From Candidatus Latescibacterota bacterium (lineage in GTDB: Bacteria > Latescibacterota > UBA2968), in the NCBI GenBank assembly GCA_965207885.1, contig OZ242311.1, positions 5,344,001-5,408,000 of the forward strand: a DNA stretch of 64,000 bases, given 5' to 3'. The notes beneath the pieces were generated by a model. It was given only the letters and a program-made list of their open reading frames with translations, ran no database searches and was not told the origin of the DNA. Positions 1 through 11,378 of this stretch are shown here, in pieces (position 1 is the first letter of the stretch; every line of letters starts with the position of its first letter). A program made the position numbers and the translations under genes.

Positions 1-938
1 CCCGCATGCAGGGGAACAGCCAGACCCATCGTGGCTTTCTCGAGAGACATTGCGAGGGTGGCCTTGTGGATATTTTGAATCTCCTCTAAATTCTCATAAA
101 TAGTTTTTGTAATCTCATAGACCACATCCTCGGGCAAATCTGCTCTACACGCCAAAAAATTGGGTTGTGCAATCGTCTCAATCGCTTCGGACTGCCCGGG
201 ATACGTATTGGCCGGAATAATATAGCGCGTCCACATGGGAAACACATTTTGGATCGCCGCGAGATGATCATCGCTAAAAGCAAGCACAGAAACCCCGTCC
301 GCACCGAGCTGAGCAAAAGCCTGCGTCACAGCAGCCACGGGCGGACCAGCCGAAAGAGTAGCCCCTGCAATACGGCCGTCAATCATAGCCTGAGCAGACG
401 GACTATAACCCAAATACTCAGACGTAAAATCCTCATCCGGAGAAATATTAAGCGCTGCGAGAATAGTTCGCGTCGCGCCTTCTGTACCACTGCCGCGTTT
501 GCCAATAACATATTTTCGGCCGAGTTTTCTCAAGTCCTCAACAGTACCTGTTTTGGCATCGGACGCCCGAAGTATAAAATGCTCGACATTCTCCCATAGC
601 AGGGTAATAGACCGGAGATCCCTAACCGCTTGCCCCTGATAAGTCCTCTCTCCGCGATAAGCCATCGCGCCGTACAAACCCAGCAAAATCGCCAGATGTG
701 CCTCTCGATTGACCAGCATCTGAATATTCTCGGCCGACCCTGCAGAATTGATAGCTGCGACCACAATCTTGGGCTGTAGCTTCTGTGTAATCGTCGTACT
801 CAGCGCCACACCCACCGGATAATACGTACCGCCGGGCGTGGCCGTTGCAACAATCAAATTCTGCGTCTGCATACCCTCCTGCGGTGCCCCACAGGAGATA
901 CAAAACAACAAAACAAGAACGAAATAGATACGCGACAT
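1..938 (-). CDS. TAXI-family TRAP transporter solute-binding lipoprotein (3' end runs off the window)
   Basis: Not in the ORF track (no stop inside the window). Manual translation from ATG 938 gives MSRIYFVLVLLFCISCG...IVATATPGGTYYPVGVAL...SAGSAENI...GKRGSGTEG...VPLHAG, which are typical TAXI motifs, plus a lipobox-like Cys. Confidence 0.9.
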   Translation of the reverse strand, partial: MSRIYFVLVLLFCISCGAPQEGMQTQNLIVATATPGGTYYPVGVALSTTITQKLQPKIVVAAINSAGSAENIQMLVNREAHLAILLGLYGAMAYRGERTYQGQAVRDLRSITLLWENVEHFILRASDAKTGTVEDLRKLGRKYVIGKRGSGTEGATRTILAALNISPDEDFTSEYLGYSPSAQAMIDGRIAGATLSAGPPVAAVTQAFAQLGADGVSVLAFSDDHLAAIQNVFPMWTRYIIPANTYPGQSEAIETIAQPNFLACRADLPEDVVYEITKTIYENLEEIQNIHKATLAMSLEKATMGLAVPLHA

Positions 939-982
939 GAAAGACCTCATACTAAAAAAGTGAACAGATATTTATCCGCATA

Positions 983-1010
983 ATTATACCCGCCCGTCTA
1001 TATGCGTCAA
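983..1010 (-). promoter_or_regulatory. sigma70-type promoter for the TAXI gene
   Basis: Minus strand TTGACG-N16-TATAAT. Confidence 0.65.
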
Positions 1011-1029
1011 GGGAAAACACCTTTGCACC

Positions 1030-1058
1030 TTGACAACCCCTGTTGCGATTTCTATACT
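1030..1058 (+). promoter_or_regulatory. sigma70-type promoter for the TPR-cNMP-eno operon
   Basis: TTGACA-N17-TATACT followed by a GAGGAG RBS and ATG 1078. The TTG at 1030 used by the ORF track is the -35 box. Confidence 0.7.
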
Positions 1059-1077
1059 TCTCCTGAGGAGTAGCTCT

Positions 1078-2061
1078 ATGGATAACACGCGCACAATTCT
1101 CTTTTGCACACTCGCATCCGTCATGCTTTTGTCTGGCTGTGCACAGTATCGGGCGTATCGCCATTTAGACCGCGCTATTGCTATCGAGGCCAATGGCGAT
1201 CGCGAAACAGCGCTGGCGATATTTCAGGCTGCTGTGGATATTTGTCCTGAAGACGCGGTTTTGCGGCGGTGGTTGGGCAGGGCATATCTGAGGCGCAGCC
1301 AATACGACGCAGCGCGCGTCGAATTTGAAACTGCGCTCGGATTAGCGCCCAATTATATGATCTTGTACCGTGACCTCGCAATCATCAATGAAGCACTTGA
1401 GAGGCCAGACGCCGCTATCGCGTGGCTGGAAAAAGCCATATCACAAGTACCCGAGCATCGGGAATCTTACCGCGACCTCGTCAGCCTCTATCTGGCTCAC
1501 GACCAGTTGAGCGAAGCCCAATCCCTATTGGAAACAGTTATCGAACAGTGGCCAAAAACGATATGGGCACATTTTCAACTGGGCGGTCTTTACATGGTAT
1601 TAAAATGGCCCGAGCGAGCCGAAGAAGCTTATGTACAGGTACTGGATATTGAACCCAAAAACGACAATGAAGCAGAAATACAGGCACGCGCGCACGGCGA
1701 GTTGGGCAATGTCTATTACGAACGCAAAAACTATGAGCGAGCCGAAGAATTCTACAAAAAGGCACTGGAGCTCAACCCCCTCGACGACAGCAGCCTGAAC
1801 AATCTCGCCTGGATATACGCCATTCAGGGGATACACCTGCGCGAAGGCATTCGCCTATCGCGGCGGTCTTTGCGCCTGCGCCCACACACGCCTTCCTACC
1901 TGGACACACTGGCCGAATTGCATTACCAGATGGGCAATACCGAGCGCGCCATTTTCATCATCCGCCAGGCCATTGCATTGAATCCAGATAATCCAGAAGT
2001 GCGCGCCCATCTCCATCGACAACTCGCCAAATTTATTTCCGGCGGACGGGGAAAGGTATAA
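1078..2061 (+). CDS. Tetratricopeptide-repeat lipoprotein
   Basis: Lipobox LLSGC; many TPR motifs (AHGELGNVYYERKNYERAEEFYKKALELNP; LNNLAWIYA...YLDTLAELHYQMG). Confidence 0.85.
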   Translation: MDNTRTILFCTLASVMLLSGCAQYRAYRHLDRAIAIEANGDRETALAIFQAAVDICPEDAVLRRWLGRAYLRRSQYDAARVEFETALGLAPNYMILYRDLAIINEALERPDAAIAWLEKAISQVPEHRESYRDLVSLYLAHDQLSEAQSLLETVIEQWPKTIWAHFQLGGLYMVLKWPERAEEAYVQVLDIEPKNDNEAEIQARAHGELGNVYYERKNYERAEEFYKKALELNPLDDSSLNNLAWIYAIQGIHLREGIRLSRRSLRLRPHTPSYLDTLAELHYQMGNTERAIFIIRQAIALNPDNPEVRAHLHRQLAKFISGGRGKV

Positions 2062-2117
2062 TGAATTAAAAATTGGGAAGCAAGGCGGATTAACCACTAA
2101 CCACTGACTACTGACTT

Positions 2118-3958
<1,841 letters not shown>

Positions 3959-3969
3959 AGGCACAAAAA

Positions 3970-4695
3970 GTGAGTGATTTACTACAAATCGCATCGCCAA
4001 TTTTACCCGAAGAGACCCGCGCGCGCCTAAACGCAGTGTACGCACAGGTCCCCGCTGTATCGTGCGCAGGTTGCGATGCACCGGGAAGCTGTTGCGAACT
4101 GACAGATGCCGAATACAACGACGATTTTGCAACCATGTATCCGCTCTACGCCGTCGAATACATCAACATCATAGATTATGTGCGCTCGCACTTTGATCCC
4201 AAAAAACAGCGAGAACTGCTGAACACAGTTGAAGAACGCCCGCGCCGTTGTCCGTTCTTAACACCCGAAGGCGGCTGCTCAATCCATCCGGCGCGTCCCT
4301 TAACCTGTCGCACCTACGGTATTTTGAACCAGGTATCGCAGGTCAACGCCACCGCTGAATCCGCACGCGACCAGGTACCCTATCAATGGATATCATCCTT
4401 CTTATCCACAGAGCGATACACAGTATGCCCAAAAACCAGATTACAAGAAACCGACAAAGTCGATGCACACATGAAAGCGATGGTATCTCTGGAATACGAG
4501 CGCGAATTGATCTATCTGTCGGACACACTGAACTGGTTGGACGCGGACCGCCGAGAACTATTCCAACAAATAACAAAAAAAACCCACCCCACGCGGTGGA
4601 CGTGGGGTGGATTTAACGCACTCGCCCAAAAACCATTAAAATGGGTAAAACATCATTTTGCAAATTTTTGGAAAGCATCTTTTCTAGGTGAATAA
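3970..4695 (+). CDS. YkgJ-family cysteine-cluster (putative Fe-S/Zn) protein
   Basis: CxxCxxxGxCC and CPFL....GCSIHPARPLTCRTY motifs. Confidence 0.8.
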   Translation: MSDLLQIASPILPEETRARLNAVYAQVPAVSCAGCDAPGSCCELTDAEYNDDFATMYPLYAVEYINIIDYVRSHFDPKKQRELLNTVEERPRRCPFLTPEGGCSIHPARPLTCRTYGILNQVSQVNATAESARDQVPYQWISSFLSTERYTVCPKTRLQETDKVDAHMKAMVSLEYERELIYLSDTLNWLDADRRELFQQITKKTHPTRWTWGGFNALAQKPLKWVKHHFANFWKASFLGE

Positions 4696-4729
4696 TCCGT
4701 CATTTAATGAATTTTATCATATATTCTAT

Positions 4730-5011
4730 ATGATCAGAACGTTTAAATGCCGAAATACCGAACAAATTTTCAATCGCCAGCGATCGCGCAAATTTCCTCA
4801 GGACATTCAGCAAGTAGCATTGAGAAAATTGCGAATGCTCAACCGTTCAACATCTTTGCAGGATCTACGCGTTCCACCTGCGAACCGATTAGAAAAATTG
4901 CGAGGAAATCGCGCTGGACAATACAGTATTCGTATCAATGACCAGTGGAGAATATGTTTTATCTGGCGAGATGGCGATAGTTTTAGCGTTGAAATTGTCG
5001 ATTATCATTGA
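4730..5011 (+). CDS. higB: HigB (RelE/ParE-fold, plasmid-killer type) toxin
   Basis: MIRTF...LRVPPANRLEKLRGNRAGQYSIRINDQWRICFIW...VEIVDYH. Confidence 0.92.
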   Translation: MIRTFKCRNTEQIFNRQRSRKFPQDIQQVALRKLRMLNRSTSLQDLRVPPANRLEKLRGNRAGQYSIRINDQWRICFIWRDGDSFSVEIVDYH

Positions 5012-5020
5012 GGGAATACG

Positions 5021-5317
5021 ATGAACAAAAAATTAAATCCGATTCATCCCGGAGAAGTTCTGTTAGAGGAATTTCTCAAGCCTATGAATATGAGCCAGAA
5101 TCGTCTGGCCCTTGGTATAGGCGTTCCACCGTATCAAATTAACGAGATTGTATCGGGAAAGCAGGGTATCACAGCCGACATCGCTTTGCGCCTGGCGAAA
5201 TATTTCAACATGTCTCCACAATTTTGGATGGGTTTGCAGATAGACTATGAACTCGACATGGCTGAAGATCTATTGGGGGATCGTTTAGACCGTGAAGTGC
5301 AAGTTTACATGAGTTGA
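5021..5317 (+). CDS. higA: HigA HTH antitoxin
   Basis: PIHPGEVLLEEFLKP...ITADIALRLAKYF..SPQFWMGLQ; directly downstream of higB. Confidence 0.93.
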   Translation: MNKKLNPIHPGEVLLEEFLKPMNMSQNRLALGIGVPPYQINEIVSGKQGITADIALRLAKYFNMSPQFWMGLQIDYELDMAEDLLGDRLDREVQVYMS

Positions 5318-5350
5318 CCTCGCCTGCTCCTAATTCTTAATTCCTAATTC

Positions 5351-6298
5351 CTAATACCCCTTCTCCTTATCCACTACATTCTGCAGCGCCTCACCCCTCA
5401 CATACCTGTGCAAATTATCCACAAACCGCACCATAGCACGCCTCCGAATATGTTGTGAAGACCCCGCGCTATGCGATGTCAAAATCACATTGGGTTCGGT
5501 CCACAGCGGACTATCTTCTGGACAGGGTTCCGTATAAGTCACATCCAGCCCAATACCCGCCAGTTTGCCCGACCGCAACGCCGCGACCATAGCCTCCTCA
5601 TCCACCACCTTTCCCCGACTCACATTGACGAGCAAACTACCCGCCATCAACCGATCAAACATCTCACCCGACAGCATCTTATGCGTTTCAGCCGTACTGG
5701 GGCAACATACCATAACCACGTTGGACTGCGACATAAGTTCGGGCAAATAATCCATCTTCTCCAACCGATCCACGGAATCGGGACACGCCATATCCTCCGG
5801 ATCGACCGCAATAACCCGAAACTCAAACGCCTTTGCGCGGTCTGCAATCGCCCGTCCAATGCCGCCCAAACCAATAATACCCATCGTCATACCCGCCAGT
5901 TCCAAACACGGCACACGCTCCCAGTGCTTGGTCTTCATAAACTCCAACTGCGTATGAATCTGTCGCGTCAACGCCAGCAATAGCGCAAACCCATGCTCTG
6001 CAATCTGGGGACCGAACAACCCCCCCGCATTGGTCAAAACCATATCGCTATTCTTAAATTTTTCATACAACTGCCCTTCGGCTCCCGCATGGGGCTGCTG
6101 AACCCACTTCAACGCATCTGCGTAATCAAAATCGGATTCCGGAAGCCGGCCAAAAAGCACTTCCACGCCCGACAAATAATCAGCCTGCTTTTCCCCCTCC
6201 GGCAAAAAAATCACCTCAACCTCAGAAGGCGCACCTTCTAACAACGCCTCAACATCCTCTGAATACCGACTGCCAATCAACGTGCGAACCATGCTCAT
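5351..6298 (-). CDS. D-2-hydroxyacid dehydrogenase (NAD-dependent)
   Basis: GIIGLGGIG, LVNVSRGKVVDE, GLDV...EP and VILTSHSAG motifs; start placed after an AAGGAG RBS. Confidence 0.9.
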   Translation of the reverse strand: MSMVRTLIGSRYSEDVEALLEGAPSEVEVIFLPEGEKQADYLSGVEVLFGRLPESDFDYADALKWVQQPHAGAEGQLYEKFKNSDMVLTNAGGLFGPQIAEHGFALLLALTRQIHTQLEFMKTKHWERVPCLELAGMTMGIIGLGGIGRAIADRAKAFEFRVIAVDPEDMACPDSVDRLEKMDYLPELMSQSNVVMVCCPSTAETHKMLSGEMFDRLMAGSLLVNVSRGKVVDEEAMVAALRSGKLAGIGLDVTYTEPCPEDSPLWTEPNVILTSHSAGSSQHIRRRAMVRFVDNLHRYVRGEALQNVVDKEKGY

Positions 6299-6409
6299 AT
6301 CTCCTTTTGGTCTCATGAATAACTAAATCAGCCTCTGGTCTTTCTCATGGTACAAAAAGAAAACGCCACCGCAAAGTATTTCCGATGGCGTTCTGGATAA
6401 TATTCATTA

Positions 6410-8098
6410 TCAAAGATACCGTTTGATGAGATCGGCAATATCCCCATACCCTTTTTTCTCTGCCCAGGCGAGAGGTGTTGCCCAATTAGCACCCGCCAGT
6501 GTGGGATCGGCACCGCGCTCGAGATAGAGACGCGCGAGATCGTATTTGCCCCATCGCGCAGCCCAGCCAAGCGGTGAAGATTGCAAAAGCTCATCGACCA
6601 CATCGAGATCGGCACCATAATCGAGGAGAATGGTGGCAAAGGCGACGCGCTCAGCTTCGGTCATAATCACCTCTCCCCACACAACACCGCATGCCGCCAT
6701 GTGATGCGCAAGGCGATACCCGAAACGCCCGACCAGATTGGGGCTGACGCCGTGATCGAGAATCAAGCGAAAAATCTCGGGATAGACCGCGCGATCAAAA
6801 TCTCGGAATTTGCGATGAGGGTGAGTCCGCCACAGGCGCACAGGTTGCTCAAGCAAGCCAAACCAGCGACCGTCATTTGCATCCCACTCGAGTTGACGCA
6901 GACACATCCCCACAATATTGGGATCGCCCCCACAGCCCGCAGCCCACAAAAGCCTCTCCGCAAGAGAAGAATCATTGTGAAGCGCAACCGCAGCGGCAGA
7001 AGTCTCACCTTCAAGACCAGCAGTAATATGATCCAAAACCCCGCCGTATCTAAACAGCAAACCCTTCATTTTATCGTCGCGATTATTATACGCAGCCGCT
7101 ATGGGATTGCCACTCGCGTAAATACTCGCATTGGGATCGGCACCGCGCTCGAGCAGAAGTTCGGCAATCTCATACTGCGAATGACCTGCCGCATGAGCCA
7201 GCGGTTGGCCCCACGAATAGGGTTTGGTCTCATAGTGATGCAGTTGGTATCTGTCGTCGGGATCGAGCCCCAGATCCAGCAGCATACGCACCATATCGAG
7301 ATTGTCATTTTGTACAGCGATCTGTAAAAGACCGTCTCGCTCGCTGTCATTGGACTGAAAGCGTTCGGGATGTTGTCTCTTATACTCTTGAACAAAACCA
7401 AGATCCCCAAGCGCGACAGCAGACTCAAGCGATTGTTCGCATCCGGCCTGAAGCAGAATACCCGCACAAATCAAACACCCCTCATTGAGCGGCCTGTTGC
7501 GACCGCGAATATTGTGAACAGCACCGTCGAGAGGCGATTGGCCCTCGGGCGTGAGATGGGTGATATCCGCACCGCGCTTGAGCAGATATTGAACAAGCTC
7601 ATAATTTCCAAGAGATGCACCAGTGTGAATCACACTACCGCCATTGCGATGGCAGGCGTCGATCAAATCGGGATTCTTATAGAGAATTTCCACAGTCTCC
7701 ATCATCCGCCCCTCGCGAATAGCCTCAAAAAGCGCGTCATTCTCCTCCGTAATCGCAATATTCTTACAGGCCGCGAATTTGCGTTTCTCGTCTTCCTCTC
7801 GCAAAATCTGAACAATATCATCCAGACCGCGTTCATCTGCTATAGTAAGCGCGTCCGTAGCATCGCGATGGGGATAAATACCCGACGTGTGATCTGCACC
7901 CGCCTCCATGAGAACGCGCACCGCATCCGCGTGCTGATTCATAACCGCGTAATGAATGGCGAGATGCTCATTGTTTTCGGCCATATGCACATTGACCAGA
8001 TCGGGTTGCACATCGAGAATCTGACGAATTTTGGCGACATCGCCCTCACTTGCGGCTTCGCATAAGTCGGCGACCTGATAAGTTCCATTTATATCCAT
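6410..8098 (-). CDS. Ankyrin-repeat protein
   Basis: Many ankyrin motifs (AIHYAV..QH.DAVRVLMEAGAD; SPLGWAARWGK..LARLYLERGADP; TPLAWAEKKG). Confidence 0.9.
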   Translation of the reverse strand: MDINGTYQVADLCEAASEGDVAKIRQILDVQPDLVNVHMAENNEHLAIHYAVMNQHADAVRVLMEAGADHTSGIYPHRDATDALTIADERGLDDIVQILREEDEKRKFAACKNIAITEENDALFEAIREGRMMETVEILYKNPDLIDACHRNGGSVIHTGASLGNYELVQYLLKRGADITHLTPEGQSPLDGAVHNIRGRNRPLNEGCLICAGILLQAGCEQSLESAVALGDLGFVQEYKRQHPERFQSNDSERDGLLQIAVQNDNLDMVRMLLDLGLDPDDRYQLHHYETKPYSWGQPLAHAAGHSQYEIAELLLERGADPNASIYASGNPIAAAYNNRDDKMKGLLFRYGGVLDHITAGLEGETSAAAVALHNDSSLAERLLWAAGCGGDPNIVGMCLRQLEWDANDGRWFGLLEQPVRLWRTHPHRKFRDFDRAVYPEIFRLILDHGVSPNLVGRFGYRLAHHMAACGVVWGEVIMTEAERVAFATILLDYGADLDVVDELLQSSPLGWAARWGKYDLARLYLERGADPTLAGANWATPLAWAEKKGYGDIADLIKRYL

Positions 8099-8112
8099 GT
8101 TGACCCCTTTCT

Positions 8113-10491
8113 CTATTTACTCTCGGCGCAATACCTCTGCGGGATTTGCACTGGCGGCTTTATAGACTTGATATCCAACCACGAGGATTGTTGCAACAAC
8201 AACACCCAGAGCACTAACCACAAAAGGAAAAAACCCAGATCTACACGATAGGCAAAATTCTGCAACCAATTCCGCATCAAAAAATATCCAACCGGACACG
8301 CAATCGTGCTGGCGAACACAGCGAGCCTGGCAAAGTCCTGACTAATCAAAACGACGAGATGAGATGCCGAAGCCCCCAGCACCTTGCGAATACCAATTTC
8401 GCGGGTGCGCTGTTCAGCGGCAAAAGCCGCCAAACCCGCCAGACCCAGACAGGCCAGTACAATGGCGACAATTGCAGACCGCGTAAAAATATGCCCCTGG
8501 CGTTGTTCTCGTCGGTATTTGGAATCGATATAATCGTCAATAAAAAAGTATTCAAAAGGCCGCGTCGGGATAAAATGCGTCCAGGTCTCTTCAACAAAAG
8601 CCATCGTCTCCCGAATACGGTCGGATTTAATCTTGAGATGCAAGTACTTCAAATCCGCACCCGCCGCAGACAAAACCACAGGACCCAAAGGTTCTCTCAG
8701 AGAACGCACGTGAAAATCTCCCATCACGCCAATAACCTGCGCGGGTCTCTCCCCAATCATCAGCGTATGCCCCAGGGGATTCGACCAACCGAATCGCTTT
8801 GCAGCAGTCTCATTTATCACCACCTGCATCGCGCTCGAATTCTCTGTCACCTGCTCCGCATAAGCCTGCGAAAAACTTCGACCCGCGAGTATTGAAATAT
8901 TGTAACACGTGAGAAAATCTTCATTCGCCCGAAAAACGCGCACATCAACTTCTCTGTCAGGCATTTCAACATCCGACACAAAACGTCGGCTCGGCCAACT
9001 GTGTCCGGGCAGATCCAAACTCGTACCCGCTGCGACAATATTGGGATGCTGGAGAAATCGCTGTTTGACCGCGTTATATTGACCATTTAAGCGAATTTGA
9101 TCCGCATCGGGACCAAAAATTTTCACCACAACAATCTCATCGCGATCAAAACCCAAATATTTACTCTGCACCAGATCCATTTGCTGATAGACCACGAGCG
9201 TAGATGCAATGAGAATAGCAGACACGGCAAATTGCACCACCACGAGACCTTTCCGTAGCCAGAGATCTCCTGGAAGCCTGTTGCGCAGCCCCTTCAGCGC
9301 ATCGACGGGCTGCTGCGCCGAAAGATAAAAAGCGGGATAACTTCCCGAAATCAGAGATGTAACCAGCGCAATACACACAATCCACCAAACATGATCAAAA
9401 ATATTAAAGACAAGCGGTTGCCCCATCAGACCTGAAAATTGGGGCAGCAGCAACACCGTCAATCCAAAAGATACGGGCAGAGCAACCCCGGTAAACAACA
9501 CAGACTCGCACAAAAACTGCCCCATAATATGCTGCCTGCGCGCCCCCACAACCTTGCGCAGACCAATTTCGCGGGCGCGTATAGCTGATCGCGCAGTAGC
9601 CAGATTCATAAAATTGATACAGGCGATGAGCAAAATACCCACGCCCAGAACAGACAGGGGATAGAGATCGCGGACATCCCGATACGGCATCCCCGAATCA
9701 CCTGTAAAACCCTCCAGATCAATCCTGGAATACAGATGGACGCGCGGCAAAGCCTGGAGATGGTAAGTCGCCTCTTGAGACTCAGACGGAAAGCGAGCGA
9801 CAAGCGCATGCTCAAGAGCCTCAACATCTGCATCGGGACGCAAACGCACGTAAATCGGCGCAGTGCGTATAGCCCAGTTATCAGACGCAAAAAACGTCAC
9901 ACTATCAAACTCCAGGCGCGTATTGGTGGGGCGATCTTTCATCACAGCAACAACCGTAAATACCTGCTGATAGGTCTCGCGCTGCACCTCAACGGTGCGA
10001 CCAATGGGGTCTTTATGACCATAGAGCTTATTGGCGACACTCTGCGTTAAAACAATAGATGCATCTCGGCGTTTGAGCGCGGTCGCATCCCCCCGAATAA
10101 TATCCAGACCAAAGAAATCCACAACATCTCCATCAACCGGACACAGGCGCTGTTGAAATAACCGGTCCTCCGCGCGAAACCAGGACGTGATACGGCGAAA
10201 CTGAACAACAGCCTCGACCTCGGGATATTCATCGCGCAAATGCACGGCAATCTCTGAGGGAAGTGCGCCGCGCCATTCGACTTGCCCCCGCGCATCTATA
10301 TCCCTCTTCATAATCCGATAGACGCGATCGGCCTGGGGGCGAAAGGCGTCATAGCTCATCTCGTAGCGAATAGAAAGCATAATGAGCACAGCACACGTCA
10401 ATCCAATAGCCAGACTGCTCAGACTGATAATCGCATAGAACTTGTGACGCATCGCGTTGCGAATCGCAACTGTCAGAAAATTGTAGAACAT
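8113..10491 (-). CDS. MacB/FtsX-type ABC transporter permease (duplicated domains); C-terminus frameshifted at the A6 run 8228-8233
   Basis: ACINFMNLATARS..RAREIGLRKVVGA and EQRTREIGIRKVLGAS. The canonical tail ...AASANPAEVLRRE lies in another frame (ORF 8117-8299). Confidence 0.88.
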   Translation of the reverse strand: MFYNFLTVAIRNAMRHKFYAIISLSSLAIGLTCAVLIMLSIRYEMSYDAFRPQADRVYRIMKRDIDARGQVEWRGALPSEIAVHLRDEYPEVEAVVQFRRITSWFRAEDRLFQQRLCPVDGDVVDFFGLDIIRGDATALKRRDASIVLTQSVANKLYGHKDPIGRTVEVQRETYQQVFTVVAVMKDRPTNTRLEFDSVTFFASDNWAIRTAPIYVRLRPDADVEALEHALVARFPSESQEATYHLQALPRVHLYSRIDLEGFTGDSGMPYRDVRDLYPLSVLGVGILLIACINFMNLATARSAIRAREIGLRKVVGARRQHIMGQFLCESVLFTGVALPVSFGLTVLLLPQFSGLMGQPLVFNIFDHVWWIVCIALVTSLISGSYPAFYLSAQQPVDALKGLRNRLPGDLWLRKGLVVVQFAVSAILIASTLVVYQQMDLVQSKYLGFDRDEIVVVKIFGPDADQIRLNGQYNAVKQRFLQHPNIVAAGTSLDLPGHSWPSRRFVSDVEMPDREVDVRVFRANEDFLTCYNISILAGRSFSQAYAEQVTENSSAMQVVINETAAKRFGWSNPLGHTLMIGERPAQVIGVMGDFHVRSLREPLGPVVLSAAGADLKYLHLKIKSDRIRETMAFVEETWTHFIPTRPFEYFFIDDYIDSKYRREQRQGHIFTRSAIVAIVLACLGLAGLAAFAAEQRTREIGIRKVLGASASHLVVLISQDFARLAVFASTIACPVGYFLMRNWLQNFAYRVDLGFFLLWLVLWVLLLQQSSWLDIKSIKPPVQIPQRYCAESK

Positions 10492-10497
10492 GGAAAC

Positions 10498-11346
10498 TCA
10501 GGGAAAACGACCAGCGTGTTGATAGACGCGGTCTCCGTGTGCCATAAGCATCTCATTCTCTTCTGGCGCAGGTGCCCGCCAATCATCCAACAGTGAAAAA
10601 TCGTGCTCAAGCTCCGCCCGGTCGTTGGGCGCTGCAATCGCAATGGCGACAGAAGGATAGGCCAGTGCAAAGCGGTACCACTCTCTTGCAGGTGGCGGTA
10701 TAAAATCGGGTGGATCATCCGGGGTGGGCTTCATCAAAGCACCCCAGCGCAGACAGGTATAAACAACCACCGGAATACTGATCGGATCGGTCAACGGGAA
10801 CACATCCTCTTCTGCACCACGGTGGGCGGCATTGTACCGGAGCATAAGCATATCCAGAGGGCGGGACTCAACCTGTTCAGGCGCGCGAAGTTCACCCATA
10901 GCAATGCGCGCGGCCATATTGCGCTGGTGGCTGGTAAGCCCGAGAAAGCGCACCTTCCCCTGCCCTTGGGCGCGAGCCATAGCTTCATAAGCGCCCCCTT
11001 CAGACGCGATATCGCACCATTCGCCCTCGCTCTCCACATAGTAAAAAGTCACAACATCTATATAATCGGTATTCAGCTCACACAACGCATCTTCAAGCTC
11101 TCGTTCCGCACCTGAAGCAGTACGGGACTTAAGCTGCCATGCCAGTACAATCTCCTCCCGCTCCACCCCCATACCCGCAACAGCGCTACTCAAACCATCG
11201 GGACGACCGCACCAATTGAGATAATTGACACCGCGCTCAACTGCATAACGGACATCGGCAGGGGACAAATGCGTATTGCCCCTTGTAGCCAGACCCAGGC
11301 GACAAAGAGGCGGAGTATTCTGATCAAATTGAAAAGTACGTCGCAT
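10498..11346 (-). CDS. Aldo/keto reductase family protein
   Basis: AVERGVNYL, L.TDYIDV, GKVRFLGLTSH and MLRYNAAHRGAEEDVFP. GGGAGGA RBS before ATG 11346; the longer ORF call runs into the IS end. Confidence 0.82.
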   Translation of the reverse strand: MRRTFQFDQNTPPLCRLGLATRGNTHLSPADVRYAVERGVNYLNWCGRPDGLSSAVAGMGVEREEIVLAWQLKSRTASGAERELEDALCELNTDYIDVVTFYYVESEGEWCDIASEGGAYEAMARAQGQGKVRFLGLTSHQRNMAARIAMGELRAPEQVESRPLDMLMLRYNAAHRGAEEDVFPLTDPISIPVVVYTCLRWGALMKPTPDDPPDFIPPPAREWYRFALAYPSVAIAIAAPNDRAELEHDFSLLDDWRAPAPEENEMLMAHGDRVYQHAGRFP

Positions 11347-11378
11347 GAATTCCTCCCGAAACTGTTTAACACAATTTC

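Noticed and set aside
1030-1077. Upstream-extended starts from the ORF track (also 11388, 24335, 29383, 41238, 56565)
   Set aside because: They run into promoters, IS ends or neighbouring genes; downstream starts with an RBS or family-typical N-terminus fit better.
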